From an uncultured Clavibacter sp. (GTDB lineage: Bacteria; Actinomycetota; Actinomycetes; Nanopelagicales; Nanopelagicaceae): 35,979 nt of DNA. Below are positions 35,589-35,979 of this stretch, in pieces. The translations under genes and the position numbers were made by a program. The stretch is from positions 1-35,979 of the forward strand of contig CAZZMU010000001.1 of assembly GCA_964655345.1 (NCBI GenBank), written 5' to 3'. Positions within the stretch are counted from its first letter, which is position 1. Each line of letters starts with the position of its first letter. The notes under the pieces are model-generated. The model was not told the DNA's origin. It saw nothing but the letters and a program-made list of their open reading frames with translations, and did no database searches.

Positions 35589-35979
35589 GTGGCTTCTCAA
35601 GAATTAACCGAGTTACGAGCTTCAATAGATTCGATTCTTCATGAATTTACCAAGGCTAGAAGTCGAGCGCTGACGGACATTGGTTCTGAACTTCAACCAG
35701 TTGCCTCCGCTATGAGCGATTTCATCACAGACGGTGGTAAAAGATTTCGGCCCATCTTTGCGTACTTGGGATATTTAGGGACTGGAGCCTCCCCTCGCCA
35801 CGAAGTTAAGCGCGCTTGCACCGCACTAGAACTAGTTCACGTCTGTGCTCTGATTCATGATGATGTGATGGATGGTTCAGATACCAGACGCAATAAACCA
35901 GCAATTCACAAATTATTCCAATCGCTTCATGATGATCAGTCTTACAAAGGTGACTCTGAAAGATTTGGATTGGCGTCTG
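35589..35979 (+). CDS. polyprenyl diphosphate synthase (GGPP synthase-like; 5' part, runs off right edge)
   Basis: Absent from the ORF track because there is no stop in the window. Translation from GTG 35589: VASQELTELRASIDSILHEF...GGKRFRPIFAYLGY...LELVHVCALIHDDVMDGSDTRRNKPAIH (first Asp-rich motif). GGGAGGG lies 12 nt upstream. Confidence 0.85.
   Translation, partial: MASQELTELRASIDSILHEFTKARSRALTDIGSELQPVASAMSDFITDGGKRFRPIFAYLGYLGTGASPRHEVKRACTALELVHVCALIHDDVMDGSDTRRNKPAIHKLFQSLHDDQSYKGDSERFGLAS

Noticed and set aside
1-35979. CRISPR arrays, rRNA/tRNA genes, toxin-antitoxin or known defence-system genes
   Set aside because: Reading both strands turned up none. All intergenic spaces longer than 60 nt are accounted for by promoter, terminator or leader elements, and no spaced-repeat pattern or defence-type nuclease/ATPase gene is present.

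Overview
This window looks like a compact, relatively AT-leaning actinobacterial chromosome segment. Positions ~1.9-18.9 kb on the minus strand hold a complete actinobacterial-type division/cell-wall (dcw) cluster: mraZ-rsmH-ftsL-ftsI-murE-murF-mraY-murD-ftsW-murG-murC-ftsQ-ftsZ-pgeF-yggS-sepF-yggT. There is no ftsA, and the expected divIVA/wag31 is absent; kynU-kynA (kynurenine pathway) follows instead and runs off the left edge. Upstream of mraZ lie a clean terminator and a DUF3040 gene. Next comes a minus-strand DNA-damage cassette (small ORF-dnaE2-dinB) fronted by a perfect actinobacterial LexA box and a RecA-NDp/PafBC-like promoter motif. The right half carries a secreted FN3-5'-nucleotidase and a monocistronic doxX. 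It then carries a virtually gapless 7.2-kb plus-strand gene string: TauE-like permease, MIP channel, ArsC, YbaK-like deacylase, alpha/beta hydrolase, and four carotenoid end-group-modification-type genes. After that come a CDP-alcohol phosphatidyltransferase and metF on the minus strand, and the 5' part of a polyprenyl diphosphate synthase. I saw no rRNA, tRNA, CRISPR array, transposase or integrase. The most interesting candidates are: (i) the dnaE2 cassette, which lacks imuA/imuB but has a stand-alone ImuB-C-terminus-like mini-protein and a catalytically intact DinB; (ii) regulatory architecture around mraZ/rsmH (phased TGGNG repeats, a GAAC-N4-GTTC palindrome, and a GC-rich structured leader with an anti-SD loop); (iii) the TauE-MIP-ArsC trio; (iv) the carotenoid glycoside-type tailoring cassette. 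All functional calls come from reading the translations by eye and from remembered family signatures. No database search was run.
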